This document shows positions 29,419 through 39,906 of a DNA stretch of 64,000 nt, piece by piece. Within the stretch, counting starts at the first letter, position 1. Each line of letters opens with the position of its first letter. This DNA is from an uncultured Tissierella sp. GTDB lineage: Bacteria > Bacillota > Clostridia > Tissierellales > Tissierellaceae. Position numbers and translations under genes: made by a program. The stretch lies in the NCBI GenBank assembly GCA_964489715.1, contig CAZBAK010000002.1, positions 10,266 to 74,265 on the forward strand, given 5' to 3'. The notes beneath the pieces are model-generated. The model was not told where the DNA came from. It saw nothing but the letters and a program-made list of their open reading frames with translations, and ran no database searches.

Positions 29419-29590
29419 AAAAAAGTCCCATCATCCAGTAATATGTACTAGAGGACGAGACTAGGAGTCAAGTTTTCCACCTCTTTTTAGTGATTATCTG
29501 GGATAATCAAACTCTATAGGTACTACCATACCTGCACTGTAACGGGTGCGAGATTCCGAAATTATTTACTATTTCTTCTCTTAGCTTTGC
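29419..29590 (-). promoter_or_regulatory. Degenerate/truncated T-box leader
   Basis: Minus strand: GCACCCGTTACAGTGC (Stem IIA/B), Stem III, AAAAAGAGGTGGAAAAC...CGTCCTC antiterminator-like segment, terminator with U-tract; Stem I largely absent. Confidence 0.65.
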
Positions 29591-29612
29591 CACATTAAAT
29601 TGATTACATATT

Positions 29613-29641
29613 AATATAACATAGTGTTATTTTTTTGTAAA
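29613..29641 (-). promoter_or_regulatory. Putative sigma-A promoter for the transporter leader
   Basis: TTTACA-N17-TATATT with an extended -10 TG. Confidence 0.55.
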
Positions 29642-29679
29642 GACTTTTTCCCTCTTTTTATCTAGATTCTCTTGTAATT

Positions 29680-30183
29680 TTATCTATAGTCTCTAAGCTT
29701 CTCTGAGCTTTCCTGGGATATATCTGATATTACTGATAATTTACCATTTGACTCTAGTATAACAGCTGTTACATTTTCCATTACTGTGCCCCCAACTAGC
29801 CTAACTTCTTGTAGTATGTCTTGATGGGTAATTCTCATTTTCTTCATGTTTTTCTCCAGATAGCTTCCATTGTGATATAAAAGAGTAGGATCTGATTTTA
29901 GCACCTTGTTTACAAATTTTAGATGTACATCCAGCTTAGCAACTATATACTGTAGGGCTACCAAGCTTCCTATGGCAACTATTCCATCTACAAGGGTGGT
30001 CTTTACAGACAGTATAGTTGTGGCTGAAATAGATCCTATGGTTACAGTAACTATAAAATCAAATGCATTTAGCTCTGAAAGTGTTCTCTTTCCAGATATC
30101 CTTACTATAGCTACAATTCCAATATAAACCAGCACTGACATAATGATTATTTGTCCTATAGTTTCCCAGTTTTTAAAAAACAT
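29680..30183 (-). CDS. DUF421 (YetF-like) membrane protein
   Basis: RISGKRTLSELNAFDFIVTVTIGS, ILESNGKLSVI. Confidence 0.88.
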   Translation of the reverse strand: MFFKNWETIGQIIIMSVLVYIGIVAIVRISGKRTLSELNAFDFIVTVTIGSISATTILSVKTTLVDGIVAIGSLVALQYIVAKLDVHLKFVNKVLKSDPTLLYHNGSYLEKNMKKMRITHQDILQEVRLVGGTVMENVTAVILESNGKLSVISDISQESSEKLRDYR

Positions 30184-30185
30184 AT

Positions 30186-31334
30186 TTAAACCTCCACCTT
30201 ATCTATATTCTTTTCTTCCAACTTTCTATCTGTATATTCCTTTAAAAGTTTTTGTATAACTGAAAAGAGTGGTACAAAGATAATTATACCCAGTATACCC
30301 ATTAAACTTCCTCCAAGAGTTACAGCTGCCAAGGTCCAAACAGATGAAAGTCCTGAGGCCTTTCCCACTACCTTTGGATATATTAAATTTCCCTCTATTT
30401 GCTGTAAGACTAGGAAGAGTATTATAAAGAGACCTGCCTTTCTTGGATCTTCTACAAATATTAAAAAAGCTCCTATTACCATACCTATAAAGGATCCTAC
30501 TATGGGTATAACAGCACTTATGGTTATAATTATACTGACCATTAAGGCATAGGGAAAGCTAAATATAGTCATGGTGATAAAAAATAGCACTCCTAGGGCT
30601 AGGGCATCTAAACTCTGACCTGTAATAAAGTTAGAAAAGGACTCTCTAGTAATCTCCCCTATATAGATAATCCTATTGGCCACATTTAATGGAAATACAG
30701 CTAGTATAAGTCTTTTAATACTGGCGATTAGATCTTCTTTTTGAAGTAGGAAGTAGATTGCAAATACAATTCCAAGTCCCAAAGAAATAATACCTCCTAT
30801 TACAGAGGAAAAGACTGAAACTGTAGACCCAAGCCAATTAGAAAATCCACCTTGAATAAATGAATAGATTCCACTACTTATATTATCCGCATCAATTTTT
30901 TGAATTTGATTGTTTATCTTAGAATATTGTATAGAACTATCTCTAAGATATTCCTGTATGTTTTCAAAGTACTCTGGAATTTTCTCTGCCAGCTGCTCAC
31001 CAGCTTCTATAAGATTTGGTATAACTAAAATTAAAATTATTACAATTACTAGTATGAAAATTATAAGTGTTATTAAAAAACTAATTGGCCTTTTATACTT
31101 ATCCTTTAAAGAATGAAAGGGGCCAGTTTTGCCAAATAATTTTTCTTCTATAAAGCTCATAGGTTTATTTAATATAAAGGCTATTCCAAGGCCTATTATA
31201 AATGGAGCCAGTATACCTAGAAGAAAGCTAACTCCCCTTCCTAGAAATTTAAAGTTGGCAAATAACCACCATATAAAGATTGCAAAGACTATTAAAAACA
31301 TGGATTTTTTCATAGCTCTTGTTTTGATTTCCAT
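30186..31334 (-). CDS. AI-2E family transporter
   Basis: PFIIGLGIAFILNKP, LQQIEGNLIYPKVVG; start at ATG 31334 after GGAGGTG. Confidence 0.9.
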   Translation of the reverse strand: MEIKTRAMKKSMFLIVFAIFIWWLFANFKFLGRGVSFLLGILAPFIIGLGIAFILNKPMSFIEEKLFGKTGPFHSLKDKYKRPISFLITLIIFILVIVIILILVIPNLIEAGEQLAEKIPEYFENIQEYLRDSSIQYSKINNQIQKIDADNISSGIYSFIQGGFSNWLGSTVSVFSSVIGGIISLGLGIVFAIYFLLQKEDLIASIKRLILAVFPLNVANRIIYIGEITRESFSNFITGQSLDALALGVLFFITMTIFSFPYALMVSIIITISAVIPIVGSFIGMVIGAFLIFVEDPRKAGLFIILFLVLQQIEGNLIYPKVVGKASGLSSVWTLAAVTLGGSLMGILGIIIFVPLFSVIQKLLKEYTDRKLEEKNIDKVEV

Positions 31335-31379
31335 AATTACACCTCCCAAATTATATTTACCCCTTTTAAAAAATCTCAA

Positions 31380-31415
31380 GAAAAAAAGTTTCTCAAATAT
31401 TTGAGAAACTTTTTT
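31380..31415 (-). terminator. Terminator ending the ilv-aminotransferase-racemase operon
   Basis: AAAAAAGTTTCTCAAAT/ATTTGAGAAACTTTTTT inverted repeat. Confidence 0.7.
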
Positions 31416-31422
31416 CTAAAAT

Positions 31423-32253
31423 TTATATATATAGGATTCCTTCTGCTACGATTTCTACTAGACCATCTAGTTCTATAGTCTCAATTGCCCCATCTCTATA
31501 TTTTACCTTGACACTTAAACTTCCACCTGGCTGGTCTATACTCTTTCCTAAGGTCTTTTTATCCTTATGGGATAGAGCTGCCCCAAGTGCTGCTGTACCA
31601 GATGCACAACTTCTCTCCCAAAACAAAGTATCCGTAGCCTTTACATATACTAGGGGGGTGACAAAGTTTTTTTGAAAATCATAATACATTATACCAAAGG
31701 CTTCATAGGGCCTATCTCTTAAATAATCTTTTATAAGTAGATAAAACTCATCCCTATCCCCTATTTTCTCTTCATCTATTATAAAGTGAATTATACCTTC
31801 AAATTCCACTTCCAATAAAGATATAACTCCTTCTTTATACCTTAATTCTCTCTCTCTTATAGCTAGGGGAAGTGGCATCTCTATTTGTGAAAGATATTTA
31901 TTTTCATCTTTTTTAAGAACCTGACACTCCACCTTCTCTCCCATACCAGAAGTTTCCAGATCTACTAGATATCTTCCATCTTTTTCCTGGATGCCTGGAT
32001 AACTACTGTGGACCATAAATGCAGCTAAAGATCTGGTAGCATTGCCACAAAACTCTCCACCCATCATCTGAAGTCTTATGGGACTTTCCTCATCCCTTCC
32101 TCTTTCAATAAAGCCAACTTGTTCTCCATGTAGATTATTATAGTTCATTAACTTTTTTGCAAGAGTCTTGTGCTGGGATCTTGGGACTTGATCCATTACA
32201 AATATGGTCATATTTTCTACTGGATTTACTTTTATAAAATGAACTTTCATCAT
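31423..32253 (-). CDS. DapF-fold cofactor-independent amino-acid racemase/epimerase (histidine racemase HisR/CntK-like)
   Basis: NPVENMTI, EQVGFI, LQMMGGEFCGNATRS, ERSCASGTAA (two catalytic Cys), QPGG; lacks the DapF-typical MHGLGNDF N-terminus. Confidence 0.78.
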   Translation of the reverse strand: MMKVHFIKVNPVENMTIFVMDQVPRSQHKTLAKKLMNYNNLHGEQVGFIERGRDEESPIRLQMMGGEFCGNATRSLAAFMVHSSYPGIQEKDGRYLVDLETSGMGEKVECQVLKKDENKYLSQIEMPLPLAIRERELRYKEGVISLLEVEFEGIIHFIIDEEKIGDRDEFYLLIKDYLRDRPYEAFGIMYYDFQKNFVTPLVYVKATDTLFWERSCASGTAALGAALSHKDKKTLGKSIDQPGGSLSVKVKYRDGAIETIELDGLVEIVAEGILYI

Positions 32254-32261
32254 CTAGCCCC

Positions 32262-33443
32262 TTAAATTTCTTCTCTTAAAACTTTACCCAGACGCTTTAT
32301 ACCCTCTGCTATTTTATCTTCATCCATGCAGGAAAAATTTAACCTAATGGTGTTTTCGTGGCCACCATTGGCAAAAAAGGCTCCTCCTGGAACAAAGGCT
32401 ACATCTTCCTTTAAAGCATGAACAGCTATATCTCTAGCATTCATCTCTTTAGGAAGAACTAGCCATAGGAAGAGTCCTCCTTCTGGATAGGTCCAAGTTA
32501 CTTCTTTTGGAAATTCTTCCTTCATTGTCTTTATCATGAGATCTCTTCGCCCTTTATAAAGATCTTTTATCTCTTGAATATGTGCTTCTATATCATATTC
32601 TTCTAAAAACATAGCAGCCTGCATTTGGGCAAAGGTATTTGTCTGTAGATCAGAACCTTGCTTTATAAGTATATATTTTTCTATTATTTCTTTTTCTGCT
32701 GCAATCCAACCTATTCTAAGTCCCGGACAGAATATTTTTGAAAGAGTTCCAAAAAATATTACATTTCCCCCCTGATCAAAATGGGCTACAGCAGGAAGAT
32801 TTTCTCCTTCAAATCTCAATTCTCCATAGGGATTGTCTTCTATTATGGCTACATTATACTCTTTTGAAAGCTCTACCAATCTCTTTCTTCTATCTATACT
32901 CCAGGTCTTTCCTGATGGATTTTGAAAATCAGGTACCAGATAGATAAATTTAATATTTTCTTCTTCCTTAAGAGTTTTCTCCAAGTCTTCCATTATCATG
33001 CCATGGTCATCTGTCTCTATTTCTACAAACTTAGGACCATAAGCTTTAAAGGCATCTATAGCTCCAAGATAGGTTGGGCTTTCACAGATTATGACATCTC
33101 CTTCATCTATAAATAACTTGCCTGTAAATTCTAAACCCTGCTGGGAACCATTGGTGATTAAGATATTTTCCTCTGTATAGTTGACGCCTAACTTCTCCAT
33201 ACGCTTTGCAATCATCTTTCTAAGCCCTAGATCTCCTTCTGTGGTACTGTACTGTAGAGCCTTGCCCCCGTGGGTTTCTAGGATCTTCTTGTTTATCTCC
33301 ATAAGTTCATCTACTGGAAATAGCTCTGCTGCTGGAAGTCCTCCAGCAAAGGATATTATTTCTGGCTTTTGTGTCAATTTTAGCAGTTCTATAATATCCG
33401 ATTCCTTCAATCTATTCATTCTATCTGCATATTTTAAACCCAT
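32262..33443 (-). CDS. PLP-dependent class I/II aminotransferase (LysN/ARO8-like)
   Basis: ISFAGGLP, TNGSQQGL, PDFQNPSG, EDNPYGEL, TLSKIFCPGLRIGW, RLNFS. Confidence 0.9.
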   Translation of the reverse strand: MGLKYADRMNRLKESDIIELLKLTQKPEIISFAGGLPAAELFPVDELMEINKKILETHGGKALQYSTTEGDLGLRKMIAKRMEKLGVNYTEENILITNGSQQGLEFTGKLFIDEGDVIICESPTYLGAIDAFKAYGPKFVEIETDDHGMIMEDLEKTLKEEENIKFIYLVPDFQNPSGKTWSIDRRKRLVELSKEYNVAIIEDNPYGELRFEGENLPAVAHFDQGGNVIFFGTLSKIFCPGLRIGWIAAEKEIIEKYILIKQGSDLQTNTFAQMQAAMFLEEYDIEAHIQEIKDLYKGRRDLMIKTMKEEFPKEVTWTYPEGGLFLWLVLPKEMNARDIAVHALKEDVAFVPGGAFFANGGHENTIRLNFSCMDEDKIAEGIKRLGKVLREEI

Positions 33444-33471
33444 ATCTATTCACTCCTTTACTGTGGAAGCC

Positions 33472-35130
33472 TTATGGTATACATATTGCTCCAGTAGAAG
33501 CAGATGTAACAATTTTTTGATATTTTAAAAGATAGCCCTTAGCTTCAATATGCTTTGGTGTCCAGCTTTTCTTTCTAGCTGCCAGGGTCTTTTCATCTAC
33601 ACATAATTCTAACTTGCCCTTATTCATATCTATCTCTATAATATCTCCATCTTCTACAAAAGCTATTGGTCCACCTACTGCTGCCTCTGGTGATACATGT
33701 CCTATGGAAGCTCCTCTTGTAGCTCCTGAAAATCTTCCATCTGTAATAAGTGCTACTTCCTTGTCCATACCTATTCCAGCTAGAGCAGAAGTTGGAGTAA
33801 GCATCTCCTTCATACCTGGACCACCCTTTGGTCCTTCATATCTTATAACTAGTACTTCACCCTTATTTATATTACGACTCAAGATAGCTTCAACTACTTC
33901 ATCTTCACTTTCAAATACTCTAGCAGGTCCAGAGTGAACTAACATTTCCTCTGCTACAGCTGATCTCTTTACAACAGCTCCATCTGGGGCTAGATTTCCT
34001 CTTAAGACTGCTATTCCACCAGTTTCACTGTAGGGCTTATCTATGGAAGCTATTATCTTATGGTCTAGGACCCTGTGCTTTTGGATAACTTCTCCTAGGG
34101 TTTTATTCATAACTGTAAGCACATCTTCCTTGAGCAAATCTTTTTTACTTAGCTCATTCATAAGTGCCTGCATTCCGCCTGCTTCATATAGGTCTTGTAT
34201 ATGATAAGGTCCTGCTGGACTAAGTTTACAAAGATTTGGTGTTTTAACACTTATACTATTTACCCTATCTAGATCCATATCTACTCCTGCTTCATAGGCT
34301 ATGGCAGAAAGATGAAGCACTGTATTTGTAGAACAGCCTAGGGCCATGTCACAAACTAAAGCATTGTGAAAGGCATCATCTGTAAGTATCATACTTGGCC
34401 TTATATCTTCCTCTACTAGATTCATGATCTGCATACCAGTATATTTTGCCAGACGCATTCTCTCTGAGTATACTGCTGGAATTGTTCCATTACCAGGTAG
34501 AGCCATTCCAAGAGCTTCTGTCATACAGTTCATAGAATTGGCAGTAAACATACCAGAACAAGAACCACAACTTGGACAAGCACTGTTTTCCATTTCTCCT
34601 AATTCTTCCTGGGAAAGAGTTCCTGCATTTACCCTACCTACTGCTTCAAACATAGTGGAAAGGTCTATATTTTCACCCCTATGTTTTCCTGCCAGCATGG
34701 CTCCACCACTTACTATAATAGCTGGTAGATCAAGTCTTGCAGCTACCATAAGCATAGCTGGAACCACCTTGTCACAGTTAGGTATCATTACAAGTCCATC
34801 AAGACCATGAGCCAGGGTCATAACTTCAACCGTATCTGCTATAAGCTCTCTACTTACCAGTGAATACTTCATTCCCTCATGGTTCATAGCTATACCATCA
34901 CAAACAGCTATAGAAGGAAACTCCAAGGGAGTTCCTCCTGCTATTCTTACACCTGTTTTTACAGCTTCCGCCACTTCTCTTAGGTGCTTGTGGCCTGGAA
35001 CTATTTCATTGAAAGTATTTACTACGCCTATAAGTGGTTTTTTTATTTCTTCATCTATTAGTCCAAGTGCCTTCATAAGTGATCTATGAGGCGCTTTTTC
35101 TATTCCCATCTTTACATTTTGACTTTTCAT
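33472..35130 (-). CDS. ilvD: Dihydroxy-acid dehydratase
   Basis: [48 protein letters not shown]. Confidence 0.97.
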   Translation of the reverse strand: MKSQNVKMGIEKAPHRSLMKALGLIDEEIKKPLIGVVNTFNEIVPGHKHLREVAEAVKTGVRIAGGTPLEFPSIAVCDGIAMNHEGMKYSLVSRELIADTVEVMTLAHGLDGLVMIPNCDKVVPAMLMVAARLDLPAIIVSGGAMLAGKHRGENIDLSTMFEAVGRVNAGTLSQEELGEMENSACPSCGSCSGMFTANSMNCMTEALGMALPGNGTIPAVYSERMRLAKYTGMQIMNLVEEDIRPSMILTDDAFHNALVCDMALGCSTNTVLHLSAIAYEAGVDMDLDRVNSISVKTPNLCKLSPAGPYHIQDLYEAGGMQALMNELSKKDLLKEDVLTVMNKTLGEVIQKHRVLDHKIIASIDKPYSETGGIAVLRGNLAPDGAVVKRSAVAEEMLVHSGPARVFESEDEVVEAILSRNINKGEVLVIRYEGPKGGPGMKEMLTPTSALAGIGMDKEVALITDGRFSGATRGASIGHVSPEAAVGGPIAFVEDGDIIEIDMNKGKLELCVDEKTLAARKKSWTPKHIEAKGYLLKYQKIVTSASTGAICIP

Positions 35131-35178
35131 AAAAACACTTCCTTAATTTCTAAATTTCATAGTTATACTACTATCTTC

Positions 35179-36171
35179 TTATTTCTTTAACCAGCTCATC
35201 ATGCCTCTAAGATTTGCTCCTACTATCTCCATTGGATGTTCGCTTTCAATTCTCTTAGTTGCTCTGAAATATGGTCTATTTGCTTGGTTCTCTAGGATCC
35301 AATTTCTAGCAAAGCTTCCATCTTGTACTTCCTTAAGTACCTTTCTCATTTCCGCCCTAGTTTCCTCTGTTATGATTCTCTTTCCTACTGCATAATCTCC
35401 ATATTCTGCTGTATCACTTATGGAGTTTCTCATATTAGTGTATCCGCCTTCATTTATCATATCAATTATAAGTTTCATTTCATGTACACACTCAAAGTAT
35501 GCACTTTAAGGACTATAACCTGCTTCAACAAGAGTATCATATCCTGCTTTCATAAGCTCAGTAACTCCACCACAAAGAACAGCTTGTTCTCCAAATAAAT
35601 CTGTTTCTGTTTCTTCTTGAAATGTAGTTTCAAGCACTCCAGCTCTTGACCCACCTAGTCCTGCTGCATAAGCCAGTGCAACCTTTATAGTATCTCCTGT
35701 TACATCTTGATAAGCTGCTACCAGGCATGGTACTCCTCTTCCCTCTTCATACTGGCTTCTAACTGTATGTCCTGGTCCCTTTGGAGCAACCATAAATACA
35801 TTTACATCCTTTGGTGGAACAATTTGACCATAGTGGATATTGAATCCATGGGCAAATGCTAGGTATTTTCCTGGAGTTAGGTTTTCTTTTATGGATTCTT
35901 CGTAAAGTTGAACTTGCTTTTCATCATTTATAAGTATCATTATTACATCTGCCCAAGCTGCTGCATCTCCAGCAGTCTTAACTTCAAGACCAGCTTCTTC
36001 TGCCTTTTCCCAAGAAGGACTTCCATCATAAAGCCCTACTACTACATTTACTCCAGATTCCTTAAGATTTAAAGCATGTGCATGTCCTTGACTACCATAA
36101 CCTATTATTGCTACCTTCTTCTCGTTTATATCTTCTATTCTACACTCTTCACCATAATACATTTTAGCCAT
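35179..36171 (-). pseudogene. ilvC: Ketol-acid reductoisomerase interrupted by an in-frame TAA at 35506-35508
   Basis: [32 protein letters not shown], then [20 protein letters not shown] continuing in the same frame to SISDTAEYG...MMSWLKK. Confidence 0.9.
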
Positions 36172-36217
36172 TAATAATCTCTCCCTTTATTTTAATTTTA
36201 TTGTTTCCTACTTTTAC

Positions 36218-36706
36218 TTACAGTTTTTCCCCTCTGCTCATTGCCAAGATCCCTGTCTTTGCAATTTCTAAGATTCCAAACTTTTCCATCATATCTATAA
36301 AGCCTCTTAATTTTTCCACATCACCTGTTAGTTCTATGGTCAAGGAGCCTGGAGATATATCCAGAACCTTACCTCTATAGATATCTGCTATCTGTACAAT
36401 CTGAGCTCTTGTCTCATTGTCAGCCTTTATCTTTATAAGCATCATCTCACGTCTTATAACTCCAGTTTCTGGAAATATCTTAACCTTTACCACATCTACA
36501 ATCTTATAAACTTGCTTTTGAATCTGATCTAAGATCTCATCATCACCATAAACAGTTAAGGTTAGTCTGGTATAGCCTGGTTTGTTTGTTATTCCTGCAG
36601 TCATCTTTTGTACATGATAACCTCTTCTATTGAAAAGTGACATTATTCTAACCACTATACCATTGGTGTTTTTAGCTATTACAAGTATTTCATGGGTTTT
36701 AATCAT
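36218..36706 (-). CDS. ilvN: Acetolactate synthase small (regulatory) subunit
   Basis: ACT domain with SLFNRRGY, REMMLIKI, IELTGD, EIAKTG. Confidence 0.92.
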   Translation of the reverse strand: MIKTHEILVIAKNTNGIVVRIMSLFNRRGYHVQKMTAGITNKPGYTRLTLTVYGDDEILDQIQKQVYKIVDVVKVKIFPETGVIRREMMLIKIKADNETRAQIVQIADIYRGKVLDISPGSLTIELTGDVEKLRGFIDMMEKFGILEIAKTGILAMSRGEKL

Positions 36707-38417
36707 TTTCAATTTCCCCCTTTATTCCCATTATCTTGGATACATCTGTGCCTGCTGGTATCATAGGAAATACATTTGCTTCTTTTTCTACTATACAATT
36801 TAATATAACAGCTTCATCAGAATTTATTAAATCCTCAAACTCATTTTCTAATTTTTCTTCAGTATCTATAGTTACAGTCTTTATTCCATAGGCCTTACCA
36901 ATCATTTCAAAATCTGGATTGTAATCTAAGTCTACAAAGGAATATCTTCTGTCATTAAAGATCTCTTGCCATTGCCTTACCATTCCCAGATAGGAGTTAT
37001 TCATAATAACCACCTTTACAGGCAGGTCATATTGCTTTAACATCATAAGTTCGTGATAGGTCATTTGGAAGCCTCCATCTCCTACAACCAAGATAACTTT
37101 TTTATCCCTTTTAGCTATCTGAGCTCCTATGGCTGCTGGTAGTCCAAAGCCCATGGTTCCTGCTCCTCCTGAGGTCAATATAGAGTTTGGATGCTCAAAG
37201 TCCATAAATTGTGCAGTCCACATCTGATGTTGTCCTACATCTGTAGCAATTATAGCTTCACCTTTAACAATACTATTTAATTTTATAATTACTTCTTGAG
37301 GCATAAGCTTGTCCTTATCTTGCTTTATATAGCAAAGTGGAAAATCTACCTTCCAAGAACTTACCTTATCTACCCACTCTTCATGCTTCTTTGCTTCCAA
37401 TTTAACATTTAAGTCAATCAATACATTTTTAATATCTCCAACTATGGGAACATCTATAAACTTATTCTTCCCTATCTCTGCTGGATCTATATCTATGTGT
37501 ATTATTTTAGCATCCCTAGAGAACTTATCTGGATCTCCTGTTATTCTGTCATCAAAACGCATGCCTATAGCTATTATCAAGTCTGTCTCATCACTTGCAT
37601 AGTTGGCACTAACCGTACCGTGCATGCCCAGCATACCAAGAGCTAGTGGATGGCTACTTGGAAAAGCCCCAAGTCCCAAAAGTGTTGTAGCTACAGGTAT
37701 ATCACATCTTTCTGCCAACTCCAATACTTCCTTAGATGCCTTTGATTTTAATACTCCAGCTCCAGCTATTATTAAAGGCTTTTTTCCTTCATTTATAAGT
37801 TCCTTTGCCTTTCTTATTTGTATTGGATGACCATGATAAGTTGGATCATAGCCTTCTAGATCTATAGCTTGTCCAAATAGCTTTTCAAATTCATCTCTTT
37901 CTATTTCATGTAATTGTATGTCCTTTGGTATATCTATTAGGACAGGTCCTGGCCTTCCTGTAGAAGCTATAAAGTAGGCCTCTTTTATTACTCTTGGAAG
38001 TTCCCTTATATCTTGTATCAAGTAATTTGTCTTTGTAATAGGAACTGTTATTCCTACAATATCACTTTCCTGAAAGGCATCTTTACCAAGAAGATTGCTT
38101 CCTACCTGGCCTGTTATAGCAATCATAGGAGAGGAATCCATATGGGCTGTCATTATACCTGTAACCAAGTTTGTAGCTCCAGGCCCTGAAGTTGCAAGAC
38201 AAACTCCTACCTTACCACTAGCTCTAGCATATCCATCAGCTTCATGAGCTGCACCTTGTTCATGTCTTGAAAAATAATGGTTTATCTTTTCAAACTTATA
38301 AATTTCGTCATATATAGGTATAACCGTTCCTCCTGGATAACCAAAAATATCTCTTATACCAAGTCTATACAATGATTCCAAAAGAATCCTTGCACCATTT
38401 ATCATATCTTTTTTCAT
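36699..38417 (-). CDS. ilvB: Acetolactate synthase large subunit
   Basis: FGYPGG, RHEQGAAH, TSGPGATN, GRPGPV, GMLGMHG, DVGQHQMW, GDGGFQM..NN.YLGMVRQWQ. Confidence 0.96.
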   Translation of the reverse strand: MKKDMINGARILLESLYRLGIRDIFGYPGGTVIPIYDEIYKFEKINHYFSRHEQGAAHEADGYARASGKVGVCLATSGPGATNLVTGIMTAHMDSSPMIAITGQVGSNLLGKDAFQESDIVGITVPITKTNYLIQDIRELPRVIKEAYFIASTGRPGPVLIDIPKDIQLHEIERDEFEKLFGQAIDLEGYDPTYHGHPIQIRKAKELINEGKKPLIIAGAGVLKSKASKEVLELAERCDIPVATTLLGLGAFPSSHPLALGMLGMHGTVSANYASDETDLIIAIGMRFDDRITGDPDKFSRDAKIIHIDIDPAEIGKNKFIDVPIVGDIKNVLIDLNVKLEAKKHEEWVDKVSSWKVDFPLCYIKQDKDKLMPQEVIIKLNSIVKGEAIIATDVGQHQMWTAQFMDFEHPNSILTSGGAGTMGFGLPAAIGAQIAKRDKKVILVVGDGGFQMTYHELMMLKQYDLPVKVVIMNNSYLGMVRQWQEIFNDRRYSFVDLDYNPDFEMIGKAYGIKTVTIDTEEKLENEFEDLINSDEAVILNCIVEKEANVFPMIPAGTDVSKIMGIKGEIEND

Positions 38418-38448
38418 TTTTTAATCCACCTTTCTTAATATCAGTATA

Positions 38449-38750
38449 AAAAAAATCCCTCGTCACTAAAACACAAATGCTTGTATCTTAGGGACGAGAG
38501 ATCTCTCGTGGTACCACCCTTAATTATAATTTACTCACGTAAATCAACTTTTAAAGCCAAATAAAACTAGCTCTAGCCATATAACGGTGGCACTTCTTTA
38601 TATATATAAAGAATCCCGATCTCGATTACACTTTCTTCATCTTGATAGCTCTGGAGTGATTTTTATATTTTTAGAGGGAACACTGACTCTCACCAACTAT
38701 CAGTTCTCTGTAGTTATCTATAAATATAACTGTCTCCGTCAAAGCTTATT
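38449..38750 (-). ncRNA. T-box riboswitch with Ile (AUC) specifier, leader of the ilv operon
   Basis: Minus strand: ACAGAGA AG-bulge, GTTGGTGAGA loop, AAA-ATC-A specifier (38658-38660), CCGTTA, AATTAAGGGTGGTACCACG T-box, CGTCCC, terminator with U-tract. Confidence 0.92.
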
Positions 38751-38771
38751 TACTTTATTAAATTAAAATCA

Positions 38772-38800
38772 ATTTTATATCAAAAGCTAACTTTAGTCAA
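38772..38800 (-). promoter_or_regulatory. Sigma-A promoter of the ilv operon
   Basis: TTGACT-N17-TAAAAT immediately upstream of the T-box. Confidence 0.7.
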
Positions 38801-38838
38801 GGCCTTTCAATAATTAATTTTAATTTAGTACCATTTTT

Positions 38839-39906
38839 TTAAATCCTCTTGAGTATTTCCTCTGTCATTTCCCTAGTAGTAACTGCCTCTCCTTCTCCTT
38901 TTATATCAGAAGTTCTAAATCCATCTTCCAATGTTTTTTCAACTGCTCTTTCTATCATTCTACTTTCTTCTTGAAGTCCAAGAGAATATCTTAGCATCAT
39001 GCTAGCTGAAAGAATTGTTGCTATTGGATTTGCAATTCCCTTTCCTGTTATATCTGGAGCTGAGCCATGTATAGGTTCAAAAAGCCCCCTCTTGTCTTCT
39101 CCAATACTGGCAGAAGCCAATAAGCCAATGGATCCTGTTATCATGCTTATTTCATCTGAAAGAATATCTCCAAATATATTGGAAGTCAGTATAACGTCAA
39201 AGGCCTTAGGGTCTCTTATGACCTGCATAGCAGCATTATCTATATACATATGCTCCAGGCTGACTTCTGGATAATCTCTAGCCACTGATTCTACTACACT
39301 TCTCCAAAGTCTAGAACTTTCTAAGACATTGGCCTTGTCTACACTTGTAAGTTTCTTACCTCTTTCCATAGCCATTTCAAAGGCAATCCTGGCTATTCTC
39401 TCTACTTCTATTTCACTATAGATCTCCACATCATAGGCAGATCTTCCATACTCTGTATCCTTGTAGCCCTTTTCTCCAAAATATATTCCACCAGTAAGCT
39501 CTCTTACAACCATTATGTCAAAGCCATCTCTTATAATACTCTCCTTTAGGGGAGATGCATCCTTAAGTGCCTTAAAAAGATAGCCTGGTCTTAGGTTTGC
39601 AAAGGTCTTCATAGCCTTACGAAGGCCTAGTATAGCCATCTCTGGTCTCTTTTCTCGATCTAACTTATCCCAAGCTGGCCCTCCTACAGCACCAAATAGG
39701 ACTGAATCTGCCTCTTGGCAGGTTTCTATAGTTTCTTCAGGTAGAGGGTCTCCATAATTATCATAGGCATAGCCACCTACTGGAGCTTCCTTATATTCAA
39801 ATTGGTGTCCCCTTAAACTTCCTATCTTGTCTAAAACCTCTATGGCACAATCCACTATCTCTGGGCCTATACCATCACCCCTAGCTACTGCTATCTTATA
39901 CTTCAT
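38839..39906 (-). CDS. leuB: 3-isopropylmalate dehydrogenase
   Basis: [56 protein letters not shown]. Confidence 0.97.
   Translation of the reverse strand: MKYKIAVARGDGIGPEIVDCAIEVLDKIGSLRGHQFEYKEAPVGGYAYDNYGDPLPEETIETCQEADSVLFGAVGGPAWDKLDREKRPEMAILGLRKAMKTFANLRPGYLFKALKDASPLKESIIRDGFDIMVVRELTGGIYFGEKGYKDTEYGRSAYDVEIYSEIEVERIARIAFEMAMERGKKLTSVDKANVLESSRLWRSVVESVARDYPEVSLEHMYIDNAAMQVIRDPKAFDVILTSNIFGDILSDEISMITGSIGLLASASIGEDKRGLFEPIHGSAPDITGKGIANPIATILSASMMLRYSLGLQEESRMIERAVEKTLEDGFRTSDIKGEGEAVTTREMTEEILKRI

Noticed and set aside
35179-35478. Separate 99-aa gene
   Set aside because: It is the in-frame C-terminal part of ilvC beyond the premature stop.
35506-35508. Selenocysteine or pyrrolysine recoding in ilvC
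   Set aside because: The codon is TAA (not TGA or TAG), and TAA is used as a normal stop throughout the window.
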